Positions 10,542 to 22,072 are shown, counted from the whole stretch's first letter. The stretch: DNA of 63,963 nt, filler included, from Stramenopiles sp. TOSAG23-2 (GCA_900128395.1; 4 parts of 4 records of this genome joined end to end with filler, not necessarily neighbours in it), one strand, 5' to 3'. The notes: generated by a model from the sequence alone, not told the origin. Translations and numbers: made by a program.

Positions 10542-13500
10542 ATGAATATTGTCGGCATAGCTGCAAATCCTGCTTCCAATGAAGATTGGACGGAACAATT
10601 CGGTCTTCAAAATACCTTTGTTGAGAACGAGACGGACTTAGAAATAAGTCATGACGTTACGAATGAAAATGAAGGATTAAAGACCCATGGAAATAATATT
10701 CAGCGTGTCATACAACTTTCTAATGATGATGCTTCAAATTGCAAAGGCTCTGCTTCTTTTGCAATTCCATCCAAAAGTCTGTTATTAAATACTGAAAATA
10801 GTTTGTCGGAAGAAATAAATGCTATGTCAAATTATGAGGCATGGGAAATGGAAAGTGATAATAGCAAGCAAAGTGATAGTGACGATAGTGATGTAGAGGA
10901 AGACTGGGATATGGAAATATTTCAGACTAGTAATAGTAAAGAAAAAGTCTTATTTAACAATGACAATTTTGTAAATAGAATCGAAACTGCTAATAATGGT
11001 TTTGCGTTAAGACTGAATATTCTTCGAGAAATGGTACTTGAGGACGAATGTGAAAATTTGAAAACATTCGATACAGATTTAGAAACCAATCAAGACGTAC
11101 CTGCATGTTATAGGTTTTTAGAAAAAATGGACAATAATAATCTCAATGGAAACATAACCTATTATCCTCCAACTAGTGAAGCATTTTCCCTAGGAGCATG
11201 CGATGGTTTCCCTAGAATGAATGGACAACAATTATCAAAATGGTTGTCTAAGATTGTTGTCGATAAAGTAAAGCTTTACAACAACATTACAATTACAAAA
11301 AAAAACATTCAATTGAAATATAACGTTACCAATTCCAATCAAGACCAAGCTAATTACAAAGTATCTTCATTACTAATCAATATATACAAACACTTTCGTA
11401 CAGAACAATACGAACAAGTTGTATCAATAATTTTACGAATAACCAATGACAATTATTTGGATAAAATAGGATACGAAATAGGAAAAACCAGAAAAACAAA
11501 ATTGCACATATCATATCACCAATGCAAAGCATTACTTTCATACGGAGTGCGTGCCGTGTATAAAATGTCTTCCACATCAGTATCCGAAGAATCATCCGTC
11601 CATAATGTAGAATTTATCATTTTTAAGTTACAAACATTTTTGAAAAGAATGCAAATATGGTTCCCAGGACGAATATTTGATATATCATTACTTGAAATTC
11701 AATCAATTGGCCATTTATTGCCGTCCATAAATAATGTAGGGTTTAGCGTGCCCCTTTCTTCAAATGGCGTTAAACGCGTAAAATATGAATTTGACAGGAA
11801 TAGAAATATAACATCTTCATTTGTTGTTGCCTCGTGTTGCCGTTCGATTTTAAAGGCAGTCAGATGCTTTTTGAAAGAAAGAGAACTTCCTATAAAACAA
11901 AATTTTCCAATGGTGGCGTCTATGGGAGAATCATTTGCCATACAAAATAAAATAGGAACAAGAGTCACGGAATTGATTTGGGATATGCAAGAAAATACAT
12001 TTGCAACTTATTCCCATGCTAAAAGTAAGTTGTATGAAGAATTTGGAAAAGAAATTGTTTCGACTTTCCTTGAACATTTTAAATGGTGTTGGGAACGAGG
12101 ATGGGCGTTTCGTAATATCCATGCAATGACCTGTGAAATCTCAAAAGATAAAAGTAGTGCCCTTAATAAAAAACATGTGCATAGTTGTGGTAGACAGTCA
12201 ACAAATGACGGAGTAGATACAGCAGGCTTACGTATGTCCTTGTATATACGAAAATATGCAGACGTAGAGAAGACCGGGTTGTACAAAATTTGTAGCAGCC
12301 TGTTATCTTTGCATTACTTACTACAATCGTCATCGCCTTTAACTTTCGAAGATGATGAAGAATTAGAAGATTTAATACCGGGTCTTGATGATTATGCCGA
12401 TACGGATTGGGATTACAATGATCACATTCTCGTTTTAAAAAATGGAATGATAGATATAGCCCAGAACAAAAATATGATGGTCGATCGCGAAGTAGACAAA
12501 CACGTTTTGGACAATCCTCAAGAATTTGAATATTTAAGTTGGGAAATTATACGCCGCGACGCAGCATGTCGAATTGAAATATTGTTACCATTATATGTAA
12601 ATTTACCACCAAATGTAATGTTAAAAGCATTGGCTGGTTATACTGCTGGCGATTTCTTTCTTAATCGATGTTACAAGGACGATGTCGTAATAGCCGAGCG
12701 GTTACTTTATGAATGTGTTTATTGCTTAGATAAATTGCAAGGGACCCCTGAAGAAGATGCTTTCATGATGTCTGCACTGGGTACCAACGCATTAATTAAA
12801 TATGGAGACGCACTACTTCAAAATGGGAAATACCCATATGCTATTTTAGCTTATGAAGCGGCAATAGTTTCGTATAAGCTTCGAACAGGAGAAACTTTCG
12901 ACAAGTTAACTAGGCGGCTTTGTATAATATGCGTTTCGAACAAGGATTTTGACAGAGCATTAAAGTACCATTTACAGATTTTAAACCAAGCGATGAAAGA
13001 GGTACCCGAACCAAATGTAAACGAAATAGTATATGTATCTGAAACCATTAGCACTTTACAACTAGAACAAGGAAATTTTGAGCAAGCAGAATCTTATTTG
13101 AAAAGTGCTGCGCAGTTTTTAACGGCGCAATTGAAAGAGAAAAGTGAGGGGAAGAGAAAGACTTCAACGCAACCTAGCCAGGGAAGATCTAGTATATATA
13201 AATATGGCAAAAAGAATATGTATTTGAACGCGTATCATTCAAATGTTTTAAAAATCCAACTTAAACTTGCACATGTAATGTTTGCTAAGAACCAGGTTGA
13301 TGATGCGATAGCTTTGTTAAGTGAAATTTTACTAGAAAAGCGTTTGCCACACAAGCAAAATTGCGAAGTGAACCTTATTTTAGCAAAGGCTCATTTAATC
13401 AAAAATGACTTTTCATCATGTGAAAGAATTTTAGAAAATTTGGCTTCTATCTCTACTCGATATAAGGGCGCTTTGTCGAAGGACAGCCGCTTATCGGAAA

Positions 13501-16500
13501 CCGGTCTTCTCGGACAGGCTGGTGATGGTGTACGAAGAGAACGGCTTGCATCCATCAAAACGCTTCCTCGTAGTAATAATCTCATGAATGCGAATGGGTT
13601 CCTTTATTCCGTAAAGTATCACATGATGAAGGCTAAAAACTTTGTGAACGCAGGCTTGTTCCAATCGGCACTCGAATGGGTAGATTTATCTTTATCAATA
13701 TGCCCTAAAAACAATTGGCATACACTTGGTCGGCTGTATTACTTGCGGGCTGAAATTTTTGAAAAAATAAAATGTGGAACCATAGATGCAGTTTCATGCA
13801 AAGGCAAATCTGGTAGAGCAGCGTTCGATACAACAATGTTTAAACGTGCTTCACTATATGCACAGTGTATATCGTCTTCGTCAAAATCATCATTCTATTT
13901 TGGAAAAGTGAATGATACAGTACAGCAAATTAAATCATTATCATTTTCAATATCTATACAATTGTATGAGTTATTAATACCAGCATTAGTGAATAATTTG
14001 GAATTTGTTTTTGTGGAAGATATTGTTTTTCAACAAGTTGAAATATGTAAATTAAAAAATTCAAGCTGCGACAATATGGAAATTATTGATGCTTGTACGT
14101 CCTTGAAATCAAACTTACATCAATCATTAAAAAAATCAGCATTGTTTTGTCTGGATTTAGCATCTCAAACGGGATCCAGTGCTTTGATGCTATCGTGTTT
14201 GGTAAACATGGTAGGAGCTAATATTATAAATGGGCAAATTTTATGTGCTTCGAAATACTGGAACGAGGCATACAAGTTGCTAGTAACAACTTATTTAGTA
14301 GATTGGATATCGTTAGACGCCATAGACAATGGAATTTCACATATTCCAGTAATCCCTGAAACTTTTCCCCCATCATTAATATATAAAATTAAAGCGATGA
14401 TTCATCGCCTTTGTGTTGCGTTGTTATTTATGGACCAAACATTTTTATCTGAAAATTCTTCGATAATGTTAATTTGGATATATTTCAACAGTAATGCGTA
14501 TGCTGAATGTGTAACGCTTCAATCGGACGATGGGATAGATCGGACGACTGGAAATGGCTGTATAGATATGACTGACGAGAATCACAGGAAGACAGAGGAG
14601 AACGAAATACCAACTATAATAAGTTATTCAAAAAAACCAACAGAGGCAGTGAGTTCAAGAACGACAAAAGAAATGGATAGAAACGAAAAGCAAATGTGTT
14701 CAATGCAACCGTTTTGGCGCCACTATTATTGTATGAATGTAAGCGAACGAAAGTTTAGAAGTAAGATGCTTACCTTAAGTGAATTGTGTGGAAAAAATAT
14801 TACATTGCATACACAATTATTTTCTGACATTCACCAAAATCATTTTCGTAATAATATGAAAAGCGCTGCAAGTCAATACATAGAAAATATCAGTACGAAA
14901 ATTAATAATAATAAAGCACTTTTGTTATCAACTGATCTCTATTATTTGTTTCAAGTTGGTGATCATTTGGCATATTTCAATCCAAATTCTGGCATTATTC
15001 GTTGGGTGACAATGTCCAAAAGATTGGTACAAACAGATGATGAAAGATCGAAAAAATGTGCTTGGACTCAAAAATCGATGCAACGAATTGCAAAAATTAA
15101 TACTAGTTACAACGATTCAAATGGTATGCGTCATAGAAAGCTGCATGAGCTACGATTATCACGAGGCGATATTCGTGCCGATTTTATGCCATTTTATAAT
15201 GTACAACATGGAATAGGGGAAAGAGAATTAAATCAATTACTTGATCATCCATCTATTCGATATGAGGCAGAACCAAAATTGTATTCTATTAATGGATTAA
15301 AAGTCCTTCTTTCTTCCTGTGGAATGAAGTCGTTGCTGGATTTACTTTGCATAATTTTAAATGAAAAATCGATTGCAATAGTCTCCAAAAATCCGGCAAA
15401 GGTACTGGTGGTAATAAACATGATTATTGATATTATTAAACCGATACAACTACAGGGGTATATGATACCATTATTGCCAGGATCTTGTGCAAATACTATT
15501 ATATCAGCAATTTCAAATACAACCCAATTAGTTTGCGGAGGCTCGCCGGATATTTTGCCGTATATTTATGAATGTTATAACGATATTAGCATTTTGAATT
15601 TGGATACCCAGACATTGAGGTTACAAGGCAACATCTGCAAAAGTGAAAACGATTTTGGCAACATAAATAGAAATGTGATTCGTGAGAAATACTCTTTTTT
15701 GAGTAAGGGAAGAAATTTACATACCCATTTTCAGTATTCATTGCCTTTATCGTTTCAAAGTAAACTTTATGAGATGTGGAATTTGAAACATACCGCTACA
15801 CACCCAGTTGATGAAGAAATCAACCAGAATATGGCATATGAAATTTTTAATGCTGTAAGGAACTTCATATATAAATTCTTATATTTGGCACCTTTATTGT
15901 GTATTGATGCGGATGTCGGCACGGCGACTAGCGAGAAAATTAACACTGATATCTTCCTTTCGCCATTGATAAACGACCCAGCAACTATACCATTTCTATC
16001 ATCTTTTTCTCAAACATCAATGTTTGGTAATGTTGTTTTGTATTTGTACGATTTGTCAGTAATGCGTTTCAACAAAAAGAAACGTACTTTGAAAGAAATG
16101 GATGAATCCTTGCAAAAGCGGGTGGAACGTAGCTTAAGCGTGTATATAACAGAAATGAATCTGCTGTACAAAACAAAATATGAAAGATATCTGGATATAT
16201 ACTGTTGCGATGGGGAAAATGCTGTATTAACAAGAGGGGAAGGGCTTGCGACTTTAAAACTGAAGCGTCGTTGGGTAATCCTAGATTCTGCCGGTTTGGC
16301 ATGCTGTAAGTCAGGTAGTAAAACGAAAACAAAGCATTTTGTTCCTATAAAGGCAGCATCTGATGTTACCTTATTTTTATCGCCAGAAAAATTATTTGGG
16401 CAAACATATGCAACTAACTATAGAAGTAATTGTATTACTATTTATAGTCATATTGTAAATAAAACCATTACGTTATCAATGAATGTTAAGCGTGATTTTG

Positions 16501-16568
16501 AAATATGGGTTAATGCATTAAGGGTGAGAATGTTTTCAACAAAAATGAAGATTAAAATACTGTCTTGA
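10542..16568 (+). CDS. Large TPR-like + DENN + PH domain protein
   Basis: 2008 aa; central TPR-like helices; cDENN (ILNEKSIAIVS...YMIPLLP...ILNLD); dDENN (FLSSFSQTSMF); C-terminal PH (KRRWVIL...WVNAL). Confidence 0.72.
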   Translation: MNIVGIAANPASNEDWTEQFGLQNTFVENETDLEISHDVTNENEGLKTHGNNIQRVIQLSNDDASNCKGSASFAIPSKSLLLNTENSLSEEINAMSNYEAWEMESDNSKQSDSDDSDVEEDWDMEIFQTSNSKEKVLFNNDNFVNRIETANNGFALRLNILREMVLEDECENLKTFDTDLETNQDVPACYRFLEKMDNNNLNGNITYYPPTSEAFSLGACDGFPRMNGQQLSKWLSKIVVDKVKLYNNITITKKNIQLKYNVTNSNQDQANYKVSSLLINIYKHFRTEQYEQVVSIILRITNDNYLDKIGYEIGKTRKTKLHISYHQCKALLSYGVRAVYKMSSTSVSEESSVHNVEFIIFKLQTFLKRMQIWFPGRIFDISLLEIQSIGHLLPSINNVGFSVPLSSNGVKRVKYEFDRNRNITSSFVVASCCRSILKAVRCFLKERELPIKQNFPMVASMGESFAIQNKIGTRVTELIWDMQENTFATYSHAKSKLYEEFGKEIVSTFLEHFKWCWERGWAFRNIHAMTCEISKDKSSALNKKHVHSCGRQSTNDGVDTAGLRMSLYIRKYADVEKTGLYKICSSLLSLHYLLQSSSPLTFEDDEELEDLIPGLDDYADTDWDYNDHILVLKNGMIDIAQNKNMMVDREVDKHVLDNPQEFEYLSWEIIRRDAACRIEILLPLYVNLPPNVMLKALAGYTAGDFFLNRCYKDDVVIAERLLYECVYCLDKLQGTPEEDAFMMSALGTNALIKYGDALLQNGKYPYAILAYEAAIVSYKLRTGETFDKLTRRLCIICVSNKDFDRALKYHLQILNQAMKEVPEPNVNEIVYVSETISTLQLEQGNFEQAESYLKSAAQFLTAQLKEKSEGKRKTSTQPSQGRSSIYKYGKKNMYLNAYHSNVLKIQLKLAHVMFAKNQVDDAIALLSEILLEKRLPHKQNCEVNLILAKAHLIKNDFSSCERILENLASISTRYKGALSKDSRLSETGLLGQAGDGVRRERLASIKTLPRSNNLMNANGFLYSVKYHMMKAKNFVNAGLFQSALEWVDLSLSICPKNNWHTLGRLYYLRAEIFEKIKCGTIDAVSCKGKSGRAAFDTTMFKRASLYAQCISSSSKSSFYFGKVNDTVQQIKSLSFSISIQLYELLIPALVNNLEFVFVEDIVFQQVEICKLKNSSCDNMEIIDACTSLKSNLHQSLKKSALFCLDLASQTGSSALMLSCLVNMVGANIINGQILCASKYWNEAYKLLVTTYLVDWISLDAIDNGISHIPVIPETFPPSLIYKIKAMIHRLCVALLFMDQTFLSENSSIMLIWIYFNSNAYAECVTLQSDDGIDRTTGNGCIDMTDENHRKTEENEIPTIISYSKKPTEAVSSRTTKEMDRNEKQMCSMQPFWRHYYCMNVSERKFRSKMLTLSELCGKNITLHTQLFSDIHQNHFRNNMKSAASQYIENISTKINNNKALLLSTDLYYLFQVGDHLAYFNPNSGIIRWVTMSKRLVQTDDERSKKCAWTQKSMQRIAKINTSYNDSNGMRHRKLHELRLSRGDIRADFMPFYNVQHGIGERELNQLLDHPSIRYEAEPKLYSINGLKVLLSSCGMKSLLDLLCIILNEKSIAIVSKNPAKVLVVINMIIDIIKPIQLQGYMIPLLPGSCANTIISAISNTTQLVCGGSPDILPYIYECYNDISILNLDTQTLRLQGNICKSENDFGNINRNVIREKYSFLSKGRNLHTHFQYSLPLSFQSKLYEMWNLKHTATHPVDEEINQNMAYEIFNAVRNFIYKFLYLAPLLCIDADVGTATSEKINTDIFLSPLINDPATIPFLSSFSQTSMFGNVVLYLYDLSVMRFNKKKRTLKEMDESLQKRVERSLSVYITEMNLLYKTKYERYLDIYCCDGENAVLTRGEGLATLKLKRRWVILDSAGLACCKSGSKTKTKHFVPIKAASDVTLFLSPEKLFGQTYATNYRSNCITIYSHIVNKTITLSMNVKRDFEIWVNALRVRMFSTKMKIKILS

Positions 16569-16639
16569 GAACAATCCTTTTTGGTTCCTTAATTATATCG
16601 ATGTGTGTTACGCCTAATATATTATCATATATAAAAGTC

Positions 16640-16702
16640 AAAAATTCTCTTATTTATAATTTTAAAGATTTTATTTACTCATAAATATATATATAATATG
16701 TA
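16640..16702 (-). repeat. Dispersed repeat family A, inverted copy
   Basis: Reverse complement of CATATTATATATATTTATGAGTAAATAAAATCTTT...TAAGAGAATTTTT seen at about 18575-18635. Confidence 0.75.
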
Positions 16703-16792
16703 TATATATGTACAACAGGTAATGCAACATTTAAACAAGGAAGTAGAGGGACAGTTATTGAGGTGCCCTCCCGTAAGGATGGAAAATTGAAA

Positions 16793-16892
16793 NNNNNNNN
16801 NNNNNNNNNNNNNNNNNNNNNNNNNNNNNNNNNNNNTTAATTAATTAANNNNNNNNNNNNNNNNNNNNNNNNNNNNNNNNNNNNNNNNNNNN
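16793..16892. other. Artificial contig linker
   Basis: 44 N + TTAATTAATTAA (stops in all six frames) + 44 N. Confidence 0.98.
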
Positions 16893-17524
16893 TTAAGTGT
16901 CTCTTTCTTTGTTTACAATACGTTTCCGTATATATTACTTTATATATCAAACTTTCTTTTTGGTGGTATTATAGTATTATTATTATTTACTGTGTGCTGG
17001 TTTAGGTTGGTTTATTATGTTGTTGGTCTTTCGCACGTCTCCGAACTTAACCTTAAACCTGCGTTATTATTATAGCTAAGAGACACAGCACTAAATCTAC
17101 CTCTCTGGCTCGCCTCTTCGCTTCGCGAAGACGCATCAGTACAGATGGTAAGCGATGTCTCGACTTATCCCGCTACACTACTATAAAAATAAAAAAATCG
17201 TTACATTATGAAAAGAGATAAAGATGTAGCATTGGTCTGACTTATCTAGTAGTGTGAATACCATTTAAGTATATTTTTTTATTTTTATGCCTGCCTATCA
17301 GGTATAATTTTTTTGGAACTTGGAACGTTAAAGTTGCAGTAGCCCTAGCCAGTTTGCGTTTTTCTCTGGACGACACCTGTGTGTATTAACAGTATATATG
17401 TTAATGTATACAGGTACATTTAATATATTTCTATAGAATATTTTAATATTATATAAATAATATAACAATTGTACATACTACTAATTCACAAATCTTTGGA
17501 GTATTTACCATTAAAGATAAGAGA

Positions 17525-18400
17525 ATGCCAAGAAGAAGCAGAAAAACAAATGCAGCAGATGGTACCAAATACCCATATAATTATCGAAGAGGGGGTCCCT
17601 TCAATAGAGAGAAATTATATTTTGCTCTCAAACATGATTACATATCAATTGAAGATGCAAAGAAGCTTTCAGGCAATAGTTGCATAGGTGCTCCGGACTG
17701 GAAAGGTTATCAAGATGGTTATGTAGTTGTATTGCCAAATGGTGACTTGTATGATGGCGAGTGGAGTATATCAGATCCTTCTTCAAAAACAATAGGTATT
17801 GCTTCCTTAAATGGCAAAGGTATTTACTATAATACTGACGGGGGGTATAAATACAAGCATTATGAAGGGCAATTTAAAGATAATGCATGTCATGGTGATG
17901 GAGTGACAATGTGGAGGCAAGACATCAAAGAAAATCGTATTGATGACGATAAATGTGTGATAAAAGATGTGGTTTTCAAAAATGATAAAAAGCAGACTGA
18001 AACGAAAAGACAATATTCTTCTGTACACAATGAAAGAAAAAGAAATATCTCTGAAATATCAATATCATCAGATGGTGGTAGTAATAATGATGCCAGGCCT
18101 TCCATGGCTAGCTCTAGTACGAACTTTGTAACTATAAAACAGGAACGGGCTAATAATAATAACAACAGCCACACCAATTATAACATTACAAGAGAAACAG
18201 AACATCAACAAGGTTCTACTAAATTTATTATGACATCATTAGGAGAAAGATACCTTGTGTATATTGACAAATTGAGAGAAGAAGGATATGATAGCATTGA
18301 AGAACTAAAATATTGCAACTTAGAAGAATTAATAACAGAAGTTGGTATGAAAAAGGGTCATGCTAAAAGGTTGTTGAAATTTATTGGTGTTGAGTTTTAA
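17525..18400 (+). CDS. MORN-repeat protein with C-terminal SAM domain
   Basis: MORN-type PNGDLYDGEW, NGKGIYY, YEGQFKDNACHGDG; SAM-type YIDKLREEGYDSIEEL...VGMKKGHAKRLL. Confidence 0.78.
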   Translation: MPRRSRKTNAADGTKYPYNYRRGGPFNREKLYFALKHDYISIEDAKKLSGNSCIGAPDWKGYQDGYVVVLPNGDLYDGEWSISDPSSKTIGIASLNGKGIYYNTDGGYKYKHYEGQFKDNACHGDGVTMWRQDIKENRIDDDKCVIKDVVFKNDKKQTETKRQYSSVHNERKRNISEISISSDGGSNNDARPSMASSSTNFVTIKQERANNNNNSHTNYNITRETEHQQGSTKFIMTSLGERYLVYIDKLREEGYDSIEELKYCNLEELITEVGMKKGHAKRLLKFIGVEF

Positions 18401-18478
18401 GCGTTTAAAATTAAACTCATTTTTTAACATATATATACGGGGCATAAGCATAACGGGATTTTTTAAATACGGAAATCA

Positions 18479-18635
18479 ATATAAGGAATTGCATGAGGAT
18501 ACGGTTATATCTTTTCCATTTTATGAAATTACTTTTGACATATTATTATAAGTATTCATCGTTTTTAGTGTTTACATATTATATATATTTATGAGTAAAT
18601 AAAATCTTTTTAAATTTTAAGTAAGAGAATTTTTT
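18479..18635 (+). repeat. Dispersed repeat family A, long copy with (TA)n tail
   Basis: Near-identical to 30478-30640 apart from small indels. Confidence 0.9.
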
Positions 18636-18717
18636 ATATATATATATATATATATAATAATCTACAACACTCTTGAAAAACTTCATTTTTATATTTAAAC
18701 AGAGGCCAAATGAATTT

Positions 18718-19191
18718 TTAATTAAAACCGCATGTACTACATGCATGTAAAACATTTTGGTGCTCATATATTTTTTTAAATATATAGATGTATATTAAAA
18801 CAACCACAGCAGCCATAGCTATTAAAGAAAGCAATCTTATACCTTTGGCGCACATTGTTAGCTTTGCTTCAAATTTAGAATCTTTATAATAATGCTTCTC
18901 GCTACAATCTAAACAATTCTTGTAACAATTTTTTCTATCTTTCACGTTTAAAAACATCTTGCTTACTTCTATACGTAAAGTACGATCTACATGCATTTCA
19001 TATAGTTTTTCTTCTTGAAATTTCTGCCATCGCTCAAAAATAATTGCTTGCAAGACATTGACACACTGCATGCAGTGTGTGCGTGATGTGACCTCCTTAT
19101 AGGCATCATAGCATTTATTTGGTACTGTATATACCCAAAAGTCCTCTCGTAATATCCATGGATAAAATAATAAACGATCGAATATATTCAA
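18718..19191 (-). CDS. Hypothetical Cys-rich protein or gene fragment with C-terminal TM helix
   Basis: 157 open codons in AT-rich DNA, but no 5' ATG (TTG overlapping the upstream stop); no family recognised. Confidence 0.35.
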   Translation of the reverse strand: MNIFDRLLFYPWILREDFWVYTVPNKCYDAYKEVTSRTHCMQCVNVLQAIIFERWQKFQEEKLYEMHVDRTLRIEVSKMFLNVKDRKNCYKNCLDCSEKHYYKDSKFEAKLTMCAKGIRLLSLIAMAAVVVLIYIYIFKKIYEHQNVLHACSTCGFN

Positions 19192-21433
19192 AATAGAAAT
19201 GTCTCTTTATGAACTGGCCATCCTATTTTACACGCTTCGTCTTGTACATTGTTTACCATATTGCTTGGGCCACATGTTAATACAGCAGTTTTTGTGTAAT
19301 AACCAGATGTAAACTCATCAATAAGAAATGTCTCTTTATGAACTGGCCATCCTATTTTACACGCTTCGTCTTGTACATTGTTTACCATATTGCTTGGGCC
19401 ACATGTTAATACAGCAGTTTTTGTGTAATAACCAGATGTAAACTCATCAATACTTTCATCATTGTTAGAAAATAATTTTGAGAAATTTGGACGACCTTTT
19501 TTAATTATTGGTTGAATCTGATTTTCAAATTTACTTTGATAATTGCTATTTACTCCATGATTACCCATTGCCTTCTTCTTATTATTATTATTGTTGTTAT
19601 TATTATTATTAATATTATCATCTTGTATTGTATTTGGAACTTTTATTCCTTCCATACCTTCATCGGGTAACATTTCTGGATTTACTTTATCAGAGCTAAT
19701 AATTAAACGTTTAATTGATGGGCTTCCAACATTGTTAGAAATAATACCTTTGCCAGTAACATATAAATAAATTTTACAAAAATCCTTAGTATCATGTAAT
19801 AAACACAATTCATCAGCAAACCATTTGAATTCCGCTTCATCCCGTACAACCCATATAAAATGAACAAATATATCTAACTTCTCTTTGTTGTAATTATTTG
19901 CAGCAATACGACGATGTAAATCTAAAGCAATATTAATCATCGGCGTTACACCTATTCCACCACTGCAGATAAAAAAATTTTTATAATCACTTATGCGTAT
20001 CGACAGTTTCCCATATGGACCTTCTAATACTGGTTTTAGATCCTCGTTTGCATCAAAATCTGATCGTAAGCAATAAGTTCTTAAGCGCTCCACCCATGAA
20101 CTAGCTTTCCCCCAGGTTTTGATATAAAAACATACTACATTTTGTTGCGGTTGCAAGGATACTGTAAATGGGTGATTTTCAAAACGATCGATTTCTGGTA
20201 TGTATATATTAAAATAATCCCCTGGTGTCAATATAACAGGTTTTGCTAATGTTATCGAAAGTTTGACTAAATTTTTGTATTTATGCGCTTCAACTTCTGT
20301 TCTTACTACTCTATGAACTCGTAAAAAACAACGACCAACAATACGATCAAATCCCCACAATCCAAATGCAACAGCTACTGGGCCACGATATTCAGATCCT
20401 GGTGCATGTAAAATAGCGGTTATGGATATGATCATCAACAAAGGCAAATGTGAAAAGTAAAATAATTCATATGATTTACGCCTAATTGCATCAAATGATG
20501 TGCATGCAATTAACGTAATGCAAATACCACATATTAAACCAAAAATTGGATATGGTGCGTCTTTGGATGGTCCCCATTGAATTTGAGAAGTTAATACATT
20601 GGCACCATACCTCCATAATACAACTAATAAATGAAGGTAAACAGAACCGATGAATAATTTACCAAATAAACGATGCCATTTTATTGCTCTTTCAAATGGG
20701 ATTCCAAAAACAATTACCCAAATAGATGTTCTAGAAGCTGGTAAAACTACTAAAAAACATAAAGTAAACTACGTTTATGTTGCTTTCGACAACTACGGCA
20801 ATGTTCATCGTTTACACAACAACTTAATTGACCAACACGTTCTCGCAACAACATTTTTCCTACGTTAGAAGTTCGAATAAATTCAATATGATTTACAAAT
20901 AAACTGAATATTGCTGCAAGACCTAACGGGACGAAAACTGCATATCCTAAGCTAATCCATCCAGAATGAGGAGTTATCGGTAAATGGGCGATTAAACCCC
21001 TGTTTAGATTTGCAATTTCTTCACGAGTCATATTTCTAGTGGAAATTGAATCTTTAATTCCTGGATGTGATATATCAAAATCAAAACGTGGTCTACTACT
21101 AAATGTCCAAATACAATCTGGATCTCCAAGTTCAAAACCATTTGTTTGTCCATCGCTATCCGAATCCAGTTTACACAATTCTTCAGTCCACCTATGTCCA
21201 TGAGCGGCAAAATCCATACCAAACCAATTTATTTGTGAGCATCCTTCTGGATCTGTATGTCCTAAAGCATATGAGCCGTATATTTCTTGATCCCCATTTG
21301 GTACTTCCCATTTATACTCTTCATGCGCTTGTACTACTACTATGATATTAGTAGATAATAATAGAACAATCAAAGATGATGAGCAAACCATTGTATAATT
21401 AATAAAGAATTTCATTCTACTATTTGTTTTCAT
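19188..21433 (-). CDS. Temptin-domain / ferric reductase (NOX-FRE family) fusion, frame broken near 20770
   Basis: 5' ORF 21433-20750: signal peptide, temptin motif (GH..FGMDF..WTEELCKLDSDSDGQTNGFELGDPDCIW..SHPG), TM helix. 3' frame open from 20768 to 19188: LPASRTS..GIPFERAIKWHR..YLH, FYFSH..ILH (heme His pairs), HPFT, EGPYG, GGIGVTP, CGP, HKETF. Confidence 0.75.
19195..19452. repeat. 129-bp exact tandem duplication (in frame, 43 aa)
   Basis: IDEFTSGYY...HKETFL occurs twice at the C-terminus of the reductase. Confidence 0.93.
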
Positions 21434-22072
21434 CTTGTTATCAACACCAATCGGGAAGTTGGAACTGGTTGGGTTGTTGCATTATACATTAATATTAAAT
21501 GAAGATAGAATACTAATAATAATGTCTCTCTATATATATATGAGAATATCTACTCCATTTATTACCTACAATTTTAAATATAAATAGACTAATAATAATA
21601 AATCGATCGCTGGATCGATCGCGCGGCACGTGGCACGGGTAATAAAAAATTAAAATTTGTTATAGCTTAATATATTCGTAAAATCAAGTGGTGCATTAAT
21701 TAAGGAGATAAAATAGAGTATATTGCGAGTAAGGTGTACTGTAGAGCTATTAATAAAAGTTTCTTGTAGTACCCTTATGAATAAAGGTGAACGTTAAAAA
21801 TTAAAATCCACACAACAACACTACTAAAAAAACACAACAATAATCTAGCAATAACACAATGTAAATATATCATCATTATAAAATATAAATACAATATCTG
21901 TATGAAGGATATCTTCAAACTCTACCATTTTTTAAATTCGATATTGTTTAAAACAAATTCCTATTTAAATTTATTGTAGATTATCAATTTTATTGCATAT
22001 TATTATAACAACAAGAAGAAAAAGTGTGTGTGCGTAAATAAATATTATACATATACATATACTCTAAACAAA

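Noticed and set aside
17105-17142. Hammerhead-like CTGATG plus stem on the minus strand
   Set aside because: Core reads CTGATGC not CTGATGA, and no GAAA follows the stem
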